Virus record (IMG/VR): IMGVR_UViG_3300030060_008074
Location: 1 to 64,000 of that record
DNA: 64,000 nt
Direction: 5' to 3' (one strand)
Source of the DNA: a virus
Part shown: positions 8,617 through 18,552 of the stretch, one piece after another
How the letters are laid out: each line of letters opens with the position of its first letter
How positions within the stretch are numbered: position 1 is the first letter of the stretch
The notes under the pieces: generated by a model
Database searches by the model: none
Seen by the model: the letters and a program-made list of their open reading frames with translations, nothing else
Told to the model about the DNA's origin: nothing
Made by a program: the position numbers and the translations under genes

Positions 8617-9693
8617 TTAAAATACTCTATAGTTTATACCTGCACTAAATCCGTGCCAAGTTCTGTTCCAATATTTGTTGTAATTTCCTTCTACAAACAC
8701 TCCTAAATTTTTACTAAACCAGTGTCCTAATATTATACCACCAGAGTAGTCATTCCATTGGCCTTCATTAAAATTGTAATAACTAAATTCATTTTCATCA
8801 TCACTAAAATGTAATGGCATTAGGCTACCCCATGCATGTAACCAACTTGTTTTAGTGTATTTGTAATAATCAAATCCTACTACCCATGAGTGTGTCCATT
8901 GTACTGGTAGCTCGTTTCTCTTTTTCTCAGTGTAGTTCGCAAGTGCTTGTGGTATAACAACAGCTTCCCATACCTCTGTACTAGTTGCTACTGAATTTCC
9001 TGATGGATCAAAATATTCTGCTCCGCCTTGTCCATCAAATTCTACTGTATATCCTTCTTGTAGAGCTAATTGAGTATAATGTAAATTGCCATTTGATAGT
9101 AGCCACTCTTCTAGTGGATCAAATCCATAAGGCTCTGACATTCTCTGTGCTACACCAATATTAACAGATATACCCTTCCATTCCTTTCTGTACCTTAATG
9201 AAGATTCAAAGAATTTTACATCAGCAAAACCGTCACGTAAATATTCTGCTTTAACTAGCCAGTCGGTAGCTATATATCTGACCATATGATGATAGTCAAA
9301 ATATTCTTGGCCTTCTTGTCTTTTATATTCATGTTGAAATAAAAATTCTACTTGATTTGACCATCTACCTATTGTTGCTGCATCACTAAAACTATTTTCT
9401 GTTCCATTTTTGAATGCCTCTTTAGGTTCATATCCAAATCTCTTTATTTTTCTAGCGCCAAATAATACTGAATAATCATAAGGTGTTTTAATTGTTTGTG
9501 TCTCTAGTCCATTCGTAACACTATAAACATCTACGTCTGATACAGAAGTATTACCATTCACAGCTCCATAAACTGTTGAGTACTTAAAAAAGTCTTTAGT
9601 AAAAGTTTTAACATCTACTTGGCCACAGCATTTTTTAGGTGCTGCACAACCAGCTAAAACAACTAATAATATAATGAGTATCTTTTTCATCAT
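8617..9693 (-). CDS. Putative outer-membrane beta-barrel / lipoprotein
   Basis: LAGC lipobox-like signal; aromatic amphipathic strands; C-terminal FSAGINYRVF beta-signal. Confidence 0.6.
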   Translation of the reverse strand: MMKKILIILLVVLAGCAAPKKCCGQVDVKTFTKDFFKYSTVYGAVNGNTSVSDVDVYSVTNGLETQTIKTPYDYSVLFGARKIKRFGYEPKEAFKNGTENSFSDAATIGRWSNQVEFLFQHEYKRQEGQEYFDYHHMVRYIATDWLVKAEYLRDGFADVKFFESSLRYRKEWKGISVNIGVAQRMSEPYGFDPLEEWLLSNGNLHYTQLALQEGYTVEFDGQGGAEYFDPSGNSVATSTEVWEAVVIPQALANYTEKKRNELPVQWTHSWVVGFDYYKYTKTSWLHAWGSLMPLHFSDDENEFSYYNFNEGQWNDYSGGIILGHWFSKNLGVFVEGNYNKYWNRTWHGFSAGINYRVF

Positions 9694-9704
9694 CTTCTCC
9701 TAGT

Positions 9705-10130
9705 TTACATCGCCTTGTCTAGTATCTTAACGCGATTAAGTCCTTTTAAGAATTTTTTTGTTGGTACCAGTGCATTTCCTATGTCAGTACGCTTGGCGCT
9801 TGTCTTTCCTTGATAGTCATCATATTTTTCTATTGATACTTTAGTGACATCAACAGTGCTGTCGTTTAAGTAGTGTTGTGTTTGATATATAAAATAAACT
9901 TCAGGTGGATAGCCACTTCCTTGTACGACATGATATTGCATGTGCTTAAACATTTTACCACCTTCATATGTTTTAAGTCGTTTATTTGCAGCTGCAACGT
10001 CGCCTCTTCCAACTCCAAAGCCTAAGCCTTGTAATACGTCGATAACTTTGTTAGCATTTTTATCTTTCACATACTTCATTTCAAAATTATAGTCTGTGAA
10101 TTCTTTTAGTATTTTCTGTAGTTTTATCAT
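9705..10130 (-). CDS. Hypothetical protein with IKL-x-x-IL-x-E leader
   Basis: Begins MIKLQKILKE. Confidence 0.65.
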   Translation of the reverse strand: MIKLQKILKEFTDYNFEMKYVKDKNANKVIDVLQGLGFGVGRGDVAAANKRLKTYEGGKMFKHMQYHVVQGSGYPPEVYFIYQTQHYLNDSTVDVTKVSIEKYDDYQGKTSAKRTDIGNALVPTKKFLKGLNRVKILDKAM

Positions 10131-13100
10131 TGTTTTACCACTCTCGTATTAAATTTTCTATCATTATATATAAGTATCAAGTTGTACACCCCGTTTGGAT
10201 AGTCTGATAAATCAATTCTCTTAGAAGTTTCTCTCGTCATCAATTTACCCATAATATCGTATATCTCTACCTCAACTTCTAATCTTGTATCTATATTTAT
10301 CATATCTCCTGTAGGATTAGGATAAATCATTATTCCCATAGAGCTTATATCTTCTACTGATGTTGGCCAACCTAATTGACAGTAATCATACATTGATTGA
10401 CAACTAGCATCCCAATCGTCAGTACAGCAATATGAATCTACATCTATTACCCAAGCATAGCACCCATCGTTTAACCAATAAGGAACTCCTGGTCCTCCAT
10501 AACAACCTGCATCATATAAACAAGCTGAAGAATCTGAAACATTTGCTGCTGGATTGTAGTTATATGCACCTACATCTGTACATCCAAGAACTGCTGTTAT
10601 ACATGAACCGTCGTCATAACATGCGTTTGAATTATAGTTAACCGCTAATGGATCTGTACAACCTCCAATATAACAACAAGAATTATCTAGTGTATTAGCT
10701 AAAGGATCGAAGTTAAGTGCAGTATTATCTGTACAACCATAGATAAATGGTATACATGTTCCATTGTCCGTGTTGGCAGTTGGGTCATAATTGTACTGTG
10801 TAGAATCTGTACAACCATAGATAAATGGTATACAACTTCCGTTATCTGTGTTAGCTCCAGCATCATAATTAAACATTGTTGGGTCTGTACAACCATAGAT
10901 AAATGGTACACAGCTTCCGTCATCTGTATTTGCCGATGGATCGTAATTAAACTGGCTAGGATCAGTGCATCCATAAATATATGGTACGCAACTTCCGTCA
11001 TCTGTATTTGCTGTTGGCATATAATTGTAAGCACTTGAATCTGTACAACCATAAATATATGGTATACAGCTTCCGTCATCAGTGTTAGCAAGAGAATTGT
11101 AATTCAATGCTGTAGAGTCTGTACATCCTAATAACTCTGCTATACAAGTACCATCATCAGTATTTGCTAAAGCGTTGTAATTTATTGCTGTTGAATCTGT
11201 ACATCCGTAAAGATATGGTATACAGCTTCCATCATTTGTATTTGATAAAGCATCATAATTAAGAGCTGTTGAGTCTGTACAGCCATAAATGAATGGAATA
11301 CAAGAACCATTGTCTGTGTTAGCTGATGGGTCGTAGTTCCACATTGTCATATCCATACATCCATAGATAAACGGTATACATGAATAGTCTTCTGTATTTG
11401 CTAGTGGGTCATAATTAAATGCCGTTGGGTCTAGACAACCAAATACCTTTGCTATGCATGGGTCAGTTTGGTCTACTACCGAAGTCCATTGTACTGTAGC
11501 ATATTGGTCATAATTGTATTGAGTAGAATCCATACAGCCAAATATTGCATAATTAAGACAATAGCTTCCGTCATCGTAGTCTGCTACAAATCCTTGCGTA
11601 TGATATTCTAAATAGGCTGCATCTGTGCAACCAGGATTGTAATAACAAGAGTTATCTGTTGTATTTGCAAATTGATTATAGTTAACTGCTAAAGAATCTA
11701 TACATCCATATATTTTAGGAATACAGTTATTTCCACAAAATGCTAAATCATCATAAATCATTCCGTATTGATTATATGATAATAGTGGGTCAGTAAATGA
11801 ATTTGTACCTCCTTCAGAAATAACTAAACCAATTGGATTTGTTATCTGGAACATACATTGATTTGATGTTGGTACAGACTGTCCAAATGAGTAAAAATAA
11901 GTTTTTATTTCTTGTTGAGTATTAAGATATATTGCTGTATCTAATATTAGGTCGTTAGGTCCTAAAGTAAACGGACCCCAAAAATTATTTCCTTGAGTTA
12001 CAACTAAGAATGAGCCTGCCCAGCCATTATCAGCCCAGTCAGTTAATGTTAAAGTATTCATGCAACCAGGATTTTGTAATTGTGCTGTAGCATTAGGGTC
12101 ATAATTAAATGCGTTTGTATCAACACAGCCAAATACATTTAGTGTAGCACATGAACTATCATCTACAGTTGCCATTGGATTAAATTCTTGATATGCAGGG
12201 TCTGTGCAACCTAATATAGGTGTCTGTACACATTCATTGACGAATCCTACATCTGAATAAGTATTACCAAAATCTCCTATACCTTGAGATATAGTATCAC
12301 ATTCAGTATAAACTATCCATGTTCCATCAATACCACCAAATTGAGCACCACCTAAACCATCACCAAAATCGTCATCAATTGTAAATTGTATTTCTGTGCC
12401 ATAATCAATACAAAGATATTTTGTTACTATTGCTCCCATTGGCTGACCTGAATAAGAACCAATAGGCTGCTCGTGTATTAAAGTTCCACCTATTGTATAA
12501 ATATCCCATCCAATTTCTTCTGCATATTGGTCTAACATTATCTCTACTGTTACTAACTCTTTGCCAGGCGAACAAGATATAGGACCGCCTCCACCACAAC
12601 TATTATCGTCTAATGTTGCAGCTGGATTATAGTTTGCTGAAGTAGAATCCATACAACCAGGAATATTGATACATGAACCATCATCTACACCTGCTAAAGG
12701 ATTATAGTTTAGAGCGTTTGGTTGAGTACATCCATAAATGAATATACATGGATCAACCAACCAGTCTTCACCAACAACCGCATTTACGTTTAATCCTGGT
12801 ACAAAAGTTCCTGTATTTCCATCAGCTTGAGCTTCAGTTGGCACAACATAAATTAAAACTGCTGGCGCATTACAGTTTGTAGGAAAGTTAACCCCATCTA
12901 CGAACCACTGTTGACCTGATATGTAGATTCTAGTACCAGCCGACCATAGTGAAGGGTCATTCCAATAATCTACTGAATCTATTCCAAAATAGTTTTGATT
13001 CCATGAAGTTAAATTACAACTACCTCCTGGTACAATTACACCGTTTGGTAATTCACCTGCCGTAGAATCATAGTTTGTTGCATTAGGGTTCATACAGCCC

Positions 13101-13588
13101 TGTATATACTGACATGACCCATCGTCGTAAGAAGCCAATGAGTCATAGTTTATTGCAATAGGGTCCGTACATCCATATACTGGAGGAGCACAAGGCAAAA
13201 TATTAACTAGCGTATCTAGTGTTGAAAAGCCTATAAGTGCTGCTGAATCAAGATAAAATATCATACCTTGACAATCATTCTGCATCTTGAATTCAGAATA
13301 AGGTCCCATAAGTTGACCTGATTGATATGATGCCCACCCATCTCCATAAGAATCATTTAACGTTACTAAATAATCGCCTGAATTACAATTTATTACTGTG
13401 TCTAGATATTCCCATGGCTGTGTAGGCTCATGGAATAGTAAAGTATCTCCGTTTGAATTAGATACAAATGTAAAACCTGACTCTTGATTTGCCCAATAAT
13501 CATACTGAACTGCAAATCTAACCCAACTATCTGTTTGGGCAAATAGAAAAGTTGGTATTAACAGCAGTAAAAATAAAAATTTTTTCAT
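10127..13588 (-). CDS. Large secreted Cys-rich GCTD-repeat protein with T9SS type-A sorting domain
   Basis: Signal peptide MKKFLFLLLLIPTFLFA; about 21 GC(T/M)D...NY...A..DDGSC repeats; DSYGDGW-type Ca-binding motifs; C-terminal IYPNPT...IYDIMGK...IDLS.YPNGVY. Confidence 0.85.
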   Translation of the reverse strand: MKKFLFLLLLIPTFLFAQTDSWVRFAVQYDYWANQESGFTFVSNSNGDTLLFHEPTQPWEYLDTVINCNSGDYLVTLNDSYGDGWASYQSGQLMGPYSEFKMQNDCQGMIFYLDSAALIGFSTLDTLVNILPCAPPVYGCTDPIAINYDSLASYDDGSCQYIQGCMNPNATNYDSTAGELPNGVIVPGGSCNLTSWNQNYFGIDSVDYWNDPSLWSAGTRIYISGQQWFVDGVNFPTNCNAPAVLIYVVPTEAQADGNTGTFVPGLNVNAVVGEDWLVDPCIFIYGCTQPNALNYNPLAGVDDGSCINIPGCMDSTSANYNPAATLDDNSCGGGGPISCSPGKELVTVEIMLDQYAEEIGWDIYTIGGTLIHEQPIGSYSGQPMGAIVTKYLCIDYGTEIQFTIDDDFGDGLGGAQFGGIDGTWIVYTECDTISQGIGDFGNTYSDVGFVNECVQTPILGCTDPAYQEFNPMATVDDSSCATLNVFGCVDTNAFNYDPNATAQLQNPGCMNTLTLTDWADNGWAGSFLVVTQGNNFWGPFTLGPNDLILDTAIYLNTQQEIKTYFYSFGQSVPTSNQCMFQITNPIGLVISEGGTNSFTDPLLSYNQYGMIYDDLAFCGNNCIPKIYGCIDSLAVNYNQFANTTDNSCYYNPGCTDAAYLEYHTQGFVADYDDGSYCLNYAIFGCMDSTQYNYDQYATVQWTSVVDQTDPCIAKVFGCLDPTAFNYDPLANTEDYSCIPFIYGCMDMTMWNYDPSANTDNGSCIPFIYGCTDSTALNYDALSNTNDGSCIPYLYGCTDSTAINYNALANTDDGTCIAELLGCTDSTALNYNSLANTDDGSCIPYIYGCTDSSAYNYMPTANTDDGSCVPYIYGCTDPSQFNYDPSANTDDGSCVPFIYGCTDPTMFNYDAGANTDNGSCIPFIYGCTDSTQYNYDPTANTDNGTCIPFIYGCTDNTALNFDPLANTLDNSCCYIGGCTDPLAVNYNSNACYDDGSCITAVLGCTDVGAYNYNPAANVSDSSACLYDAGCYGGPGVPYWLNDGCYAWVIDVDSYCCTDDWDASCQSMYDYCQLGWPTSVEDISSMGIMIYPNPTGDMINIDTRLEVEVEIYDIMGKLMTRETSKRIDLSDYPNGVYNLILIYNDRKFNTRVVKQ
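10520..11440 (-). repeat. Coding tandem repeat, about 12 copies of a 78-bp (26-aa) unit GCTDxxAxNYDPxANTDDGSCIPFIY
   Basis: tgtacaacc recurs at 78-bp spacing (10730, 10808, 10886); the protein shows a 26-aa period. Confidence 0.9.
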
Positions 13589-13731
13589 AGTTCAAATCCC
13601 AAATTACATATCATAAATCGAAACTTACCTTTTTCGACCTTTATTTCCAATACTGTAAAAGTACCTAGTCGACATGTTAGACTGTACTTTTCTTTTTTAT
13701 TTCCTGCGTCAAATCCGTTTATCCAATTCAT
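13585..13731 (-). CDS. Small protein not in the ORF track (48 aa)
   Basis: Manual translation MNWINGFDAGNKKEKYSLTCRLGTFTVLEIKVEKGKFRFMICNLGFEL*; AAGGAG SD; ATGA overlap with the next gene. Confidence 0.65.
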   Translation of the reverse strand: MNWINGFDAGNKKEKYSLTCRLGTFTVLEIKVEKGKFRFMICNLGFEL

Positions 13732-13747
13732 AACAATTTCTCCTTTA

Positions 13748-14323
13748 TTACTTTTTAATAATATCTGTCAATTTACTAGATACTGACTCTTTCATACTCT
13801 TATATATAGCCTTAAATTCTTTTTTAGTTTTACCATCTAAATACCTATCCAAACCAAATGCATTTGCCGGCCTAATTAGAGATGCTATTTTGCCCTTATT
13901 TATGAATTTACCATATTTTTTACCGTATGGAGACATTCTAATCCAAGTCTGTATACCATCTGCTAGGTCTTTAGACATCTTAATACCTTCTATTGAAGAA
14001 GTTTTTCCTTTTACTATGTCTTCTAAGCCTTGCTTTGCAGTTAGTCCTCTTCCTCCTGATGAACCTTTATCTGCCTTTCTCTGGAAAAAAGATGCATCTC
14101 GCTTTTGTGGCTTTTCTTTTTTACCTTTATCCTTTAAAAATTTATCAGATACTTTCTTTTCTTTATTGTATGCTATCTTAGCTGGATGGTCGTCTGGTAA
14201 TTTTTTAGCAGATCCTGCAGGCATTAAATCATTTTCTCCAGTTTTAGGGTCTTTATATCTTATCATGGTTTTATCTTTCAAACCAGTATATTCAAATTCA
14301 TTTAGCATGCTTTTTAGTTTCAT
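13748..14323 (-). CDS. Basic hypothetical protein with KLK-x-ML-x-E leader (start revised)
   Basis: ATG at 14323 gives MKLKSMLNE and removes the overlap with the nuclease gene. Confidence 0.65.
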   Translation of the reverse strand: MKLKSMLNEFEYTGLKDKTMIRYKDPKTGENDLMPAGSAKKLPDDHPAKIAYNKEKKVSDKFLKDKGKKEKPQKRDASFFQRKADKGSSGGRGLTAKQGLEDIVKGKTSSIEGIKMSKDLADGIQTWIRMSPYGKKYGKFINKGKIASLIRPANAFGLDRYLDGKTKKEFKAIYKSMKESVSSKLTDIIKK

Positions 14324-14327
14324 ATTA

Positions 14328-14717
14328 CTATCCCTTAAATACTTTCTTTTTACCTCCATCATAAACATATGCATGACCTTCAGTAATCAATTGGTTATTT
14401 ACACAAATGGTATTTTCATTTTCGTCTTGTATAAAAATTTCACCAAGAACTCTACCGTACTTACCAACTCCATACGATTTAAGTCTAAAATATCCTGGTT
14501 TAGAACTAACCTCCTCTAAAAGCTTTTTATTTCTTTCTTTGGCTGCTAATCCTTTTTTCTTTTCATCAAGGTCTCTTGTCCTGCTTTCCCAGCAGTCTAT
14601 ACCTTTGTATCTAATTCTTTTTTTAACCCAAATGTCAAATCCTACATCGATAAGAGCATCGATAGTGTCTCCATCAACTACTCTTTCTAACTTACCTCGA
14701 TATATGTACTTTTCCAT
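14328..14717 (-). CDS. Thermonuclease (SNase-like) family protein
   Basis: RVVDGDTID...RIRYKGIDCWE...GKYGRVLG...VN.QLI.EGHA. Confidence 0.85.
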   Translation of the reverse strand: MEKYIYRGKLERVVDGDTIDALIDVGFDIWVKKRIRYKGIDCWESRTRDLDEKKKGLAAKERNKKLLEEVSSKPGYFRLKSYGVGKYGRVLGEIFIQDENENTICVNNQLITEGHAYVYDGGKKKVFKG

Positions 14718-15038
14718 CTAGCAACTTTCTTTACAGCAAGTTTTACTATTAACTTTACAAGCTTTACATTTACATACTTGCCAGTATGCCCATCCACCTG
14801 CTGCTAATAAAAGCACTGTACCAAATAATAGGTTAGCGCCAAATGTACATCCAGCTCCAACTGCAAGGAGATAACCTCCGTAACATTTAGTATAGCATAC
14901 GATTTTATCGTAAACTGACTGATTTTCTTTATATTCAGCTACTAGCTTTTCATCTATAGTAGTTGAGTCTAATACTTTTTTTACAACCTTCTTGGCTGTT
15001 TTTTTAACTGCTTTTTTAGCTGTTGTTTTCTTTGCCAT
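14718..15038 (-). CDS. Membrane protein with histone-like KKTAKKAVKK N-terminus and Cys-rich tail
   Basis: Sequence composition; AGGAG SD and class B motif upstream. Confidence 0.6.
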   Translation of the reverse strand: MAKKTTAKKAVKKTAKKVVKKVLDSTTIDEKLVAEYKENQSVYDKIVCYTKCYGGYLLAVGAGCTFGANLLFGTVLLLAAGGWAYWQVCKCKACKVNSKTCCKESC

Positions 15039-15068
15039 GTTTTATTCTCCTTTGTTAATTCTTCTAAG

Positions 15069-15078
15069 TATAAATATC
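15069..15078 (-). promoter_or_regulatory. Class B promoter motif
   Basis: Minus strand TTGATATTTATACTTAG, about 30 nt before the ATG at 15038. Confidence 0.55.
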
Positions 15079-15101
15079 AAAATTTCTGGTTTAATACATC
15101 T

Positions 15102-15626
15102 CTACTTAACCAATTTTGTGATTATAGTGGTATCAGGATACTTTTTCCTAAGTTTATTTACTGCCTTTATATTTTTAGGGCTGTCATCCATAAAGTATAT
15201 CGGATCGTAACCTTTTAGTATTTCTGTCTCTATGTATTCTGCCTTTTTCTGTGGATTTGCATCACCTAAAGGTACTACGTATGGCTGTATACCTATGGTT
15301 TTGAAGAAATGATTTATTGGTGCACCAAGTCTTCTGGCAGTTAATATCGTCACTTTTCTGCCACCCTTCTTTAATTGCTTGCGTAACAAATCAACATTCT
15401 TTTTGATAATTTTTGGATTTCTTAACTTTTTATCAAAATCTCTAAAATCATATTCTTGTCCTTTTTCTAGTCTGTGTACTGCAAATTCAGCAGGGTCAAG
15501 CTTTTCTACCTCTACTCCATTAGCAGTTACGTACACCCATGAATCTGACTTAGCTAGGGTATCATCAAAGTCAAATATACTTAAAAGCTTCTTCTCTAGT
15601 AGTATGTCTTTTAATTTTATCGCCAT
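15102..15626 (-). CDS. HAD-superfamily phosphatase with IKLKDIL-x-E leader
   Basis: FDFDDTL (motif I), ILTAR (II), K, FMDDS (IV); starts MAIKLKDILLE. Confidence 0.8.
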   Translation of the reverse strand: MAIKLKDILLEKKLLSIFDFDDTLAKSDSWVYVTANGVEVEKLDPAEFAVHRLEKGQEYDFRDFDKKLRNPKIIKKNVDLLRKQLKKGGRKVTILTARRLGAPINHFFKTIGIQPYVVPLGDANPQKKAEYIETEILKGYDPIYFMDDSPKNIKAVNKLRKKYPDTTIITKLVK

Positions 15627-15853
15627 GGTAGCATTGTCATTCCTATTAAATTAAGTAAAACTTCTATTATGATAACTGCTATCAAACCTGGACCTAATTG
15701 CCAAGCCCACCATTTCCATCCTTCTAATCCTAACGCCCATTCACGTATTGAAGACTTTCTTGCCTTATCATATAAACCAGACCTTTCACCAATCTTACTA
15801 GACCAATAATTTGGGTCTATTATATCTTTTAATTTTTTTAATAATTTAAGCAT
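15617..15853 (-). CDS. Small Trp-rich membrane protein
   Basis: WKWWAWQL followed by a TM helix. Confidence 0.55.
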   Translation of the reverse strand: MLKLLKKLKDIIDPNYWSSKIGERSGLYDKARKSSIREWALGLEGWKWWAWQLGPGLIAVIIIEVLLNLIGMTMLPWR

Positions 15854-16193
15854 CCTTAGTTTTCTTCTTTAATTTTTCTAAGTGTGCAGACCAAATTTTG
15901 TATGCGGCGTTTAGATTTTTCTTTTTTTCTGGGTCTTTAGTTCTTTCTTTTGCAACCTTTGCTCTTTGTTTCATAACCAATGTAGCTTGTACTTTATGAG
16001 CGTGTTTACGACTAGCTTTATTTATTATTCCTACACCCTTTCTGGCGGTTGCAGCATCTTTGAATCCTAGTCCATGTATTGTTCCTTTTGGGTCTTCATC
16101 AGTATATAGGTCTGAATGTTTTGAAGAACCTTTTTTCTGTCCCTTTTTTCTAGCAGTTCTTGAAGCCTCGTATATGTCTTTTAACTTTATCAT
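15846..16193 (-). CDS. Basic hypothetical protein with IKLKDI-x-E leader
   Basis: MIKLKDIYE...SDLYTDEDPKGTIHGLGFKD. Confidence 0.65.
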   Translation of the reverse strand: MIKLKDIYEASRTARKKGQKKGSSKHSDLYTDEDPKGTIHGLGFKDAATARKGVGIINKASRKHAHKVQATLVMKQRAKVAKERTKDPEKKKNLNAAYKIWSAHLEKLKKKTKDA

Positions 16194-16594
16194 ACGTATT
16201 TTTTCCAGTTTTTCTCTGCTCTCCTAGCTTCCTTTTCTGTAGGATTATTTTTGTATCCTTTTTCTCTTCCTGACTTTATCTTTTTTGGGTCTTGTTTTGC
16301 ATGAGTGTATTCATGTAATATAGACCTAATAACGTCCTCTTCTGAATTTAATGCTGAACTATAAAGGTATATCGTATTATCTTCATGTACAAATTCAGCC
16401 TTTTCTCTTTCTCCTCCTGGGTGATCCTCGATTCCACTATATCTTGCATAGATATTACTGCCAATTTTAATTTTTGGTATACCCTTTCTAGCCTTTCCAA
16501 GGTCCTTTACTATTTTAGGATATACTCTAGATACAATTTTGTTTATATCATTTTTAGACATTCCTTCTGAGAGTATGTCTTTTAATCGTATCAC
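16190..16594 (-). CDS. Zincin-like metallopeptidase (HExxH) with IRLKDIL-x-E leader
   Basis: SILHEYTH plus downstream NPTEKEA; starts MIRLKDILSE. Confidence 0.7.
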   Translation of the reverse strand: MIRLKDILSEGMSKNDINKIVSRVYPKIVKDLGKARKGIPKIKIGSNIYARYSGIEDHPGGEREKAEFVHEDNTIYLYSSALNSEEDVIRSILHEYTHAKQDPKKIKSGREKGYKNNPTEKEARRAEKNWKKYV

Positions 16595-17241
16595 TTTTTC
16601 TTCTTTTTAGCTTTTCTTGCTTTTGCCGCTAAATCTTTATCTGCTCCACCCCAAGTTCCCTTTCCTTTTGTTGCAAAGCTATTTACTCTAGCATGGGCCC
16701 ATTGTTGTTGTCCTGCACCAGGACGATGTCCAGTTTTCCAAGCAGCCATTCCTCTATCATATACTTTCTTAAGTATTCCCTTTGGTATACCTGTTTTTTT
16801 AGCTTTTTTTGCTAAAGACTTATCTGCTGGAGATTCCTTTAGGGTTTTTGATTCCTTCCAAACCTCTCTTAGTGCTTTCCAACCGTTTTCCCCAAACATC
16901 TGCTTGAATTTTTTTGTGTGTTTTGATGGTTTTGTTTTTTCACCCTTGTCTGTATCAAAATCTTTATACGCATCTGGGTCGTCGTCATCCATCTTACTTC
17001 TTCTAGCTATAACCCTTTCCCTCTCTTTTTTCTCTTCTGGAGATAATCCTTTGAAATAAGCAGGATTACTTTTAGCTGTCGCTGAAGCCTCATCTAAACC
17101 GAATCTCATGGCTCTAAGCTGGAACTCAATAATTCCTTCACCTCTTCTTCTGTTTTGATTTCCAATGAGCTTCGCGAATACAAGCTTATCAAATATTACC
17201 TTTGCTGCCTTTTTAGGGCTAAGTCCTTCATTTAGTTTCAT
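16591..17241 (-). CDS. Basic viral protein, C-terminal DUF5824-like module
   Basis: GIPKGILKKVYDRGMAAWKTGHRPGA..QQWAHARVNSF..GTW..ADKDL; starts MKLNE. Confidence 0.6.
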   Translation of the reverse strand: MKLNEGLSPKKAAKVIFDKLVFAKLIGNQNRRRGEGIIEFQLRAMRFGLDEASATAKSNPAYFKGLSPEEKKERERVIARRSKMDDDDPDAYKDFDTDKGEKTKPSKHTKKFKQMFGENGWKALREVWKESKTLKESPADKSLAKKAKKTGIPKGILKKVYDRGMAAWKTGHRPGAGQQQWAHARVNSFATKGKGTWGGADKDLAAKARKAKKKKK

Positions 17242-17251
17242 AATATATCTC

Positions 17252-17719
17252 CTATCTTGGCGGTGCCTCTATAGCTGCTATTTGTCCTTTTGCTCTTTTC
17301 TTTGAAGTATGACAGGCACTTCTCTTTTTACCTTTTTTATCTGTATAATATAGTACAGTATTTCCTCTATCTCCATCAGATTGTTTACAGCTCTGACTTC
17401 TTATATTATATTTTTCTTCTAATTCTTCATCATCTGGGTTTAGAAGATAATCTCTACACTTATTTAGAGAGTTAGATGCAATTGCAATTTTACTCATCCA
17501 CCAACTAGGTAAATCTCCTTCTGAGTCCATCGTTTCTAATTTTTCTAGCATTTGCCTTGCATCTTCTATTGCAAGCTTCATTTTTCTCTTTGCAGAAGCC
17601 ACGTCAGTATGTCCATCTTCGTTTAACTCATCATCCTTTTTAGGCGCGCCCTTTATTGTTCCATCAGGTTCGACTAGAGCTGGGTTTTGCTCACTTAATA
17701 TATTTTTTAATTTAATCAT
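17252..17719 (-). CDS. Multi-module hypothetical protein with IKLKNIL-x-E leader
   Basis: MIKLKNILSE; internal LNE and LEE; LPSWWMSKI helical module. Confidence 0.65.
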   Translation of the reverse strand: MIKLKNILSEQNPALVEPDGTIKGAPKKDDELNEDGHTDVASAKRKMKLAIEDARQMLEKLETMDSEGDLPSWWMSKIAIASNSLNKCRDYLLNPDDEELEEKYNIRSQSCKQSDGDRGNTVLYYTDKKGKKRSACHTSKKRAKGQIAAIEAPPR

Positions 17720-18552
17720 CTTATTCTCCTATTAAAAAAGTCAAACAATGCATCACCAACCTCTAATCCAAATATAGAGTCTGATGGATAATGCACCTTT
17801 GCGACAAGTCTTGCGTTAGATATTTCATCAGCCAATTTCATTATTTCGTTAGAATGCTCAGGATATTTTGTTGCTAAAAATTTTCCAATCAATCTTCCTT
17901 GGCTCGAGTGGCCACTAGGATACGAAGGAGTTTTTGCAGTATCTAGAGGCTCTTGATGGAATTCTAATCCCATAGCTGAAGCCAGTTGGGCTGGTCTTGG
18001 CCTATTGTAGTGATATTTTAGTTTATATAATATACCCTTTGTATCTTTTATCAGTGTTTCTACCTCCTCCTTTGGATAATCTAATCCAGCACTCTTGAAA
18101 TATTCTTCAAAATATTTTGTAATATCATCTGCCTTTTTTACATCAATAGTGCTTACTATAGTCTCTAGCTCTCTCATTTCAGCTAAAGTTTTTTGGCTAC
18201 TGTTAGAAAAGGGTGGATTTGACATGAATGGAGATATATCAAAGTCTTGAAATATACTATCATTTCTGTCCATATGTTTTTGATGAGATTTTTTAACTGT
18301 GTCTCCATATTTTAGAGAATCTACATCTGATACAATTTCTTTTAACTTAATAGATTCTTTTTTGGGCATAAGTTTTTTTATTCTAAAAGACAGCATCTTT
18401 TTACCATTTATAGTTGGTTGTCCATGCTCATCTGTTCCAAACTCTTTTACAACAACAGGCTTGTTCTTAAATTTTCCACGTAAAATAGTATCACCTACTT
18501 CTAGGTCAATTTCAAACTTTTCAGATAATATGTCTTTTAACTTTATTCCCAT
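17716..18552 (-). CDS. PAP2/vanadium-haloperoxidase-family phosphatase with IKLKDIL-x-E leader
   Basis: K-x6-RP (KYHYNRPRP), PSYPSGH, ARLVAKVHYPSD; starts MGIKLKDILSE. Confidence 0.85.
   Translation of the reverse strand: MGIKLKDILSEKFEIDLEVGDTILRGKFKNKPVVVKEFGTDEHGQPTINGKKMLSFRIKKLMPKKESIKLKEIVSDVDSLKYGDTVKKSHQKHMDRNDSIFQDFDISPFMSNPPFSNSSQKTLAEMRELETIVSTIDVKKADDITKYFEEYFKSAGLDYPKEEVETLIKDTKGILYKLKYHYNRPRPAQLASAMGLEFHQEPLDTAKTPSYPSGHSSQGRLIGKFLATKYPEHSNEIMKLADEISNARLVAKVHYPSDSIFGLEVGDALFDFFNRRIR

Noticed and set aside
10520-11440. 78-bp periodic repeats as a possible CRISPR array
   Set aside because: The repeats are degenerate at synonymous positions, in frame within a 1153-aa protein, and have no unique spacers
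10699-12599. Alternative-frame minus-strand ORFs (10699-11091, 12405-12599) inside the repeat protein
   Set aside because: Off-frame by-products of the repetitive coding sequence with no independent start signals
15617-15853. MLKLLKKLKDII as another member of the leader family
   Set aside because: No Glu closes the motif and the protein is a membrane protein; probably coincidental
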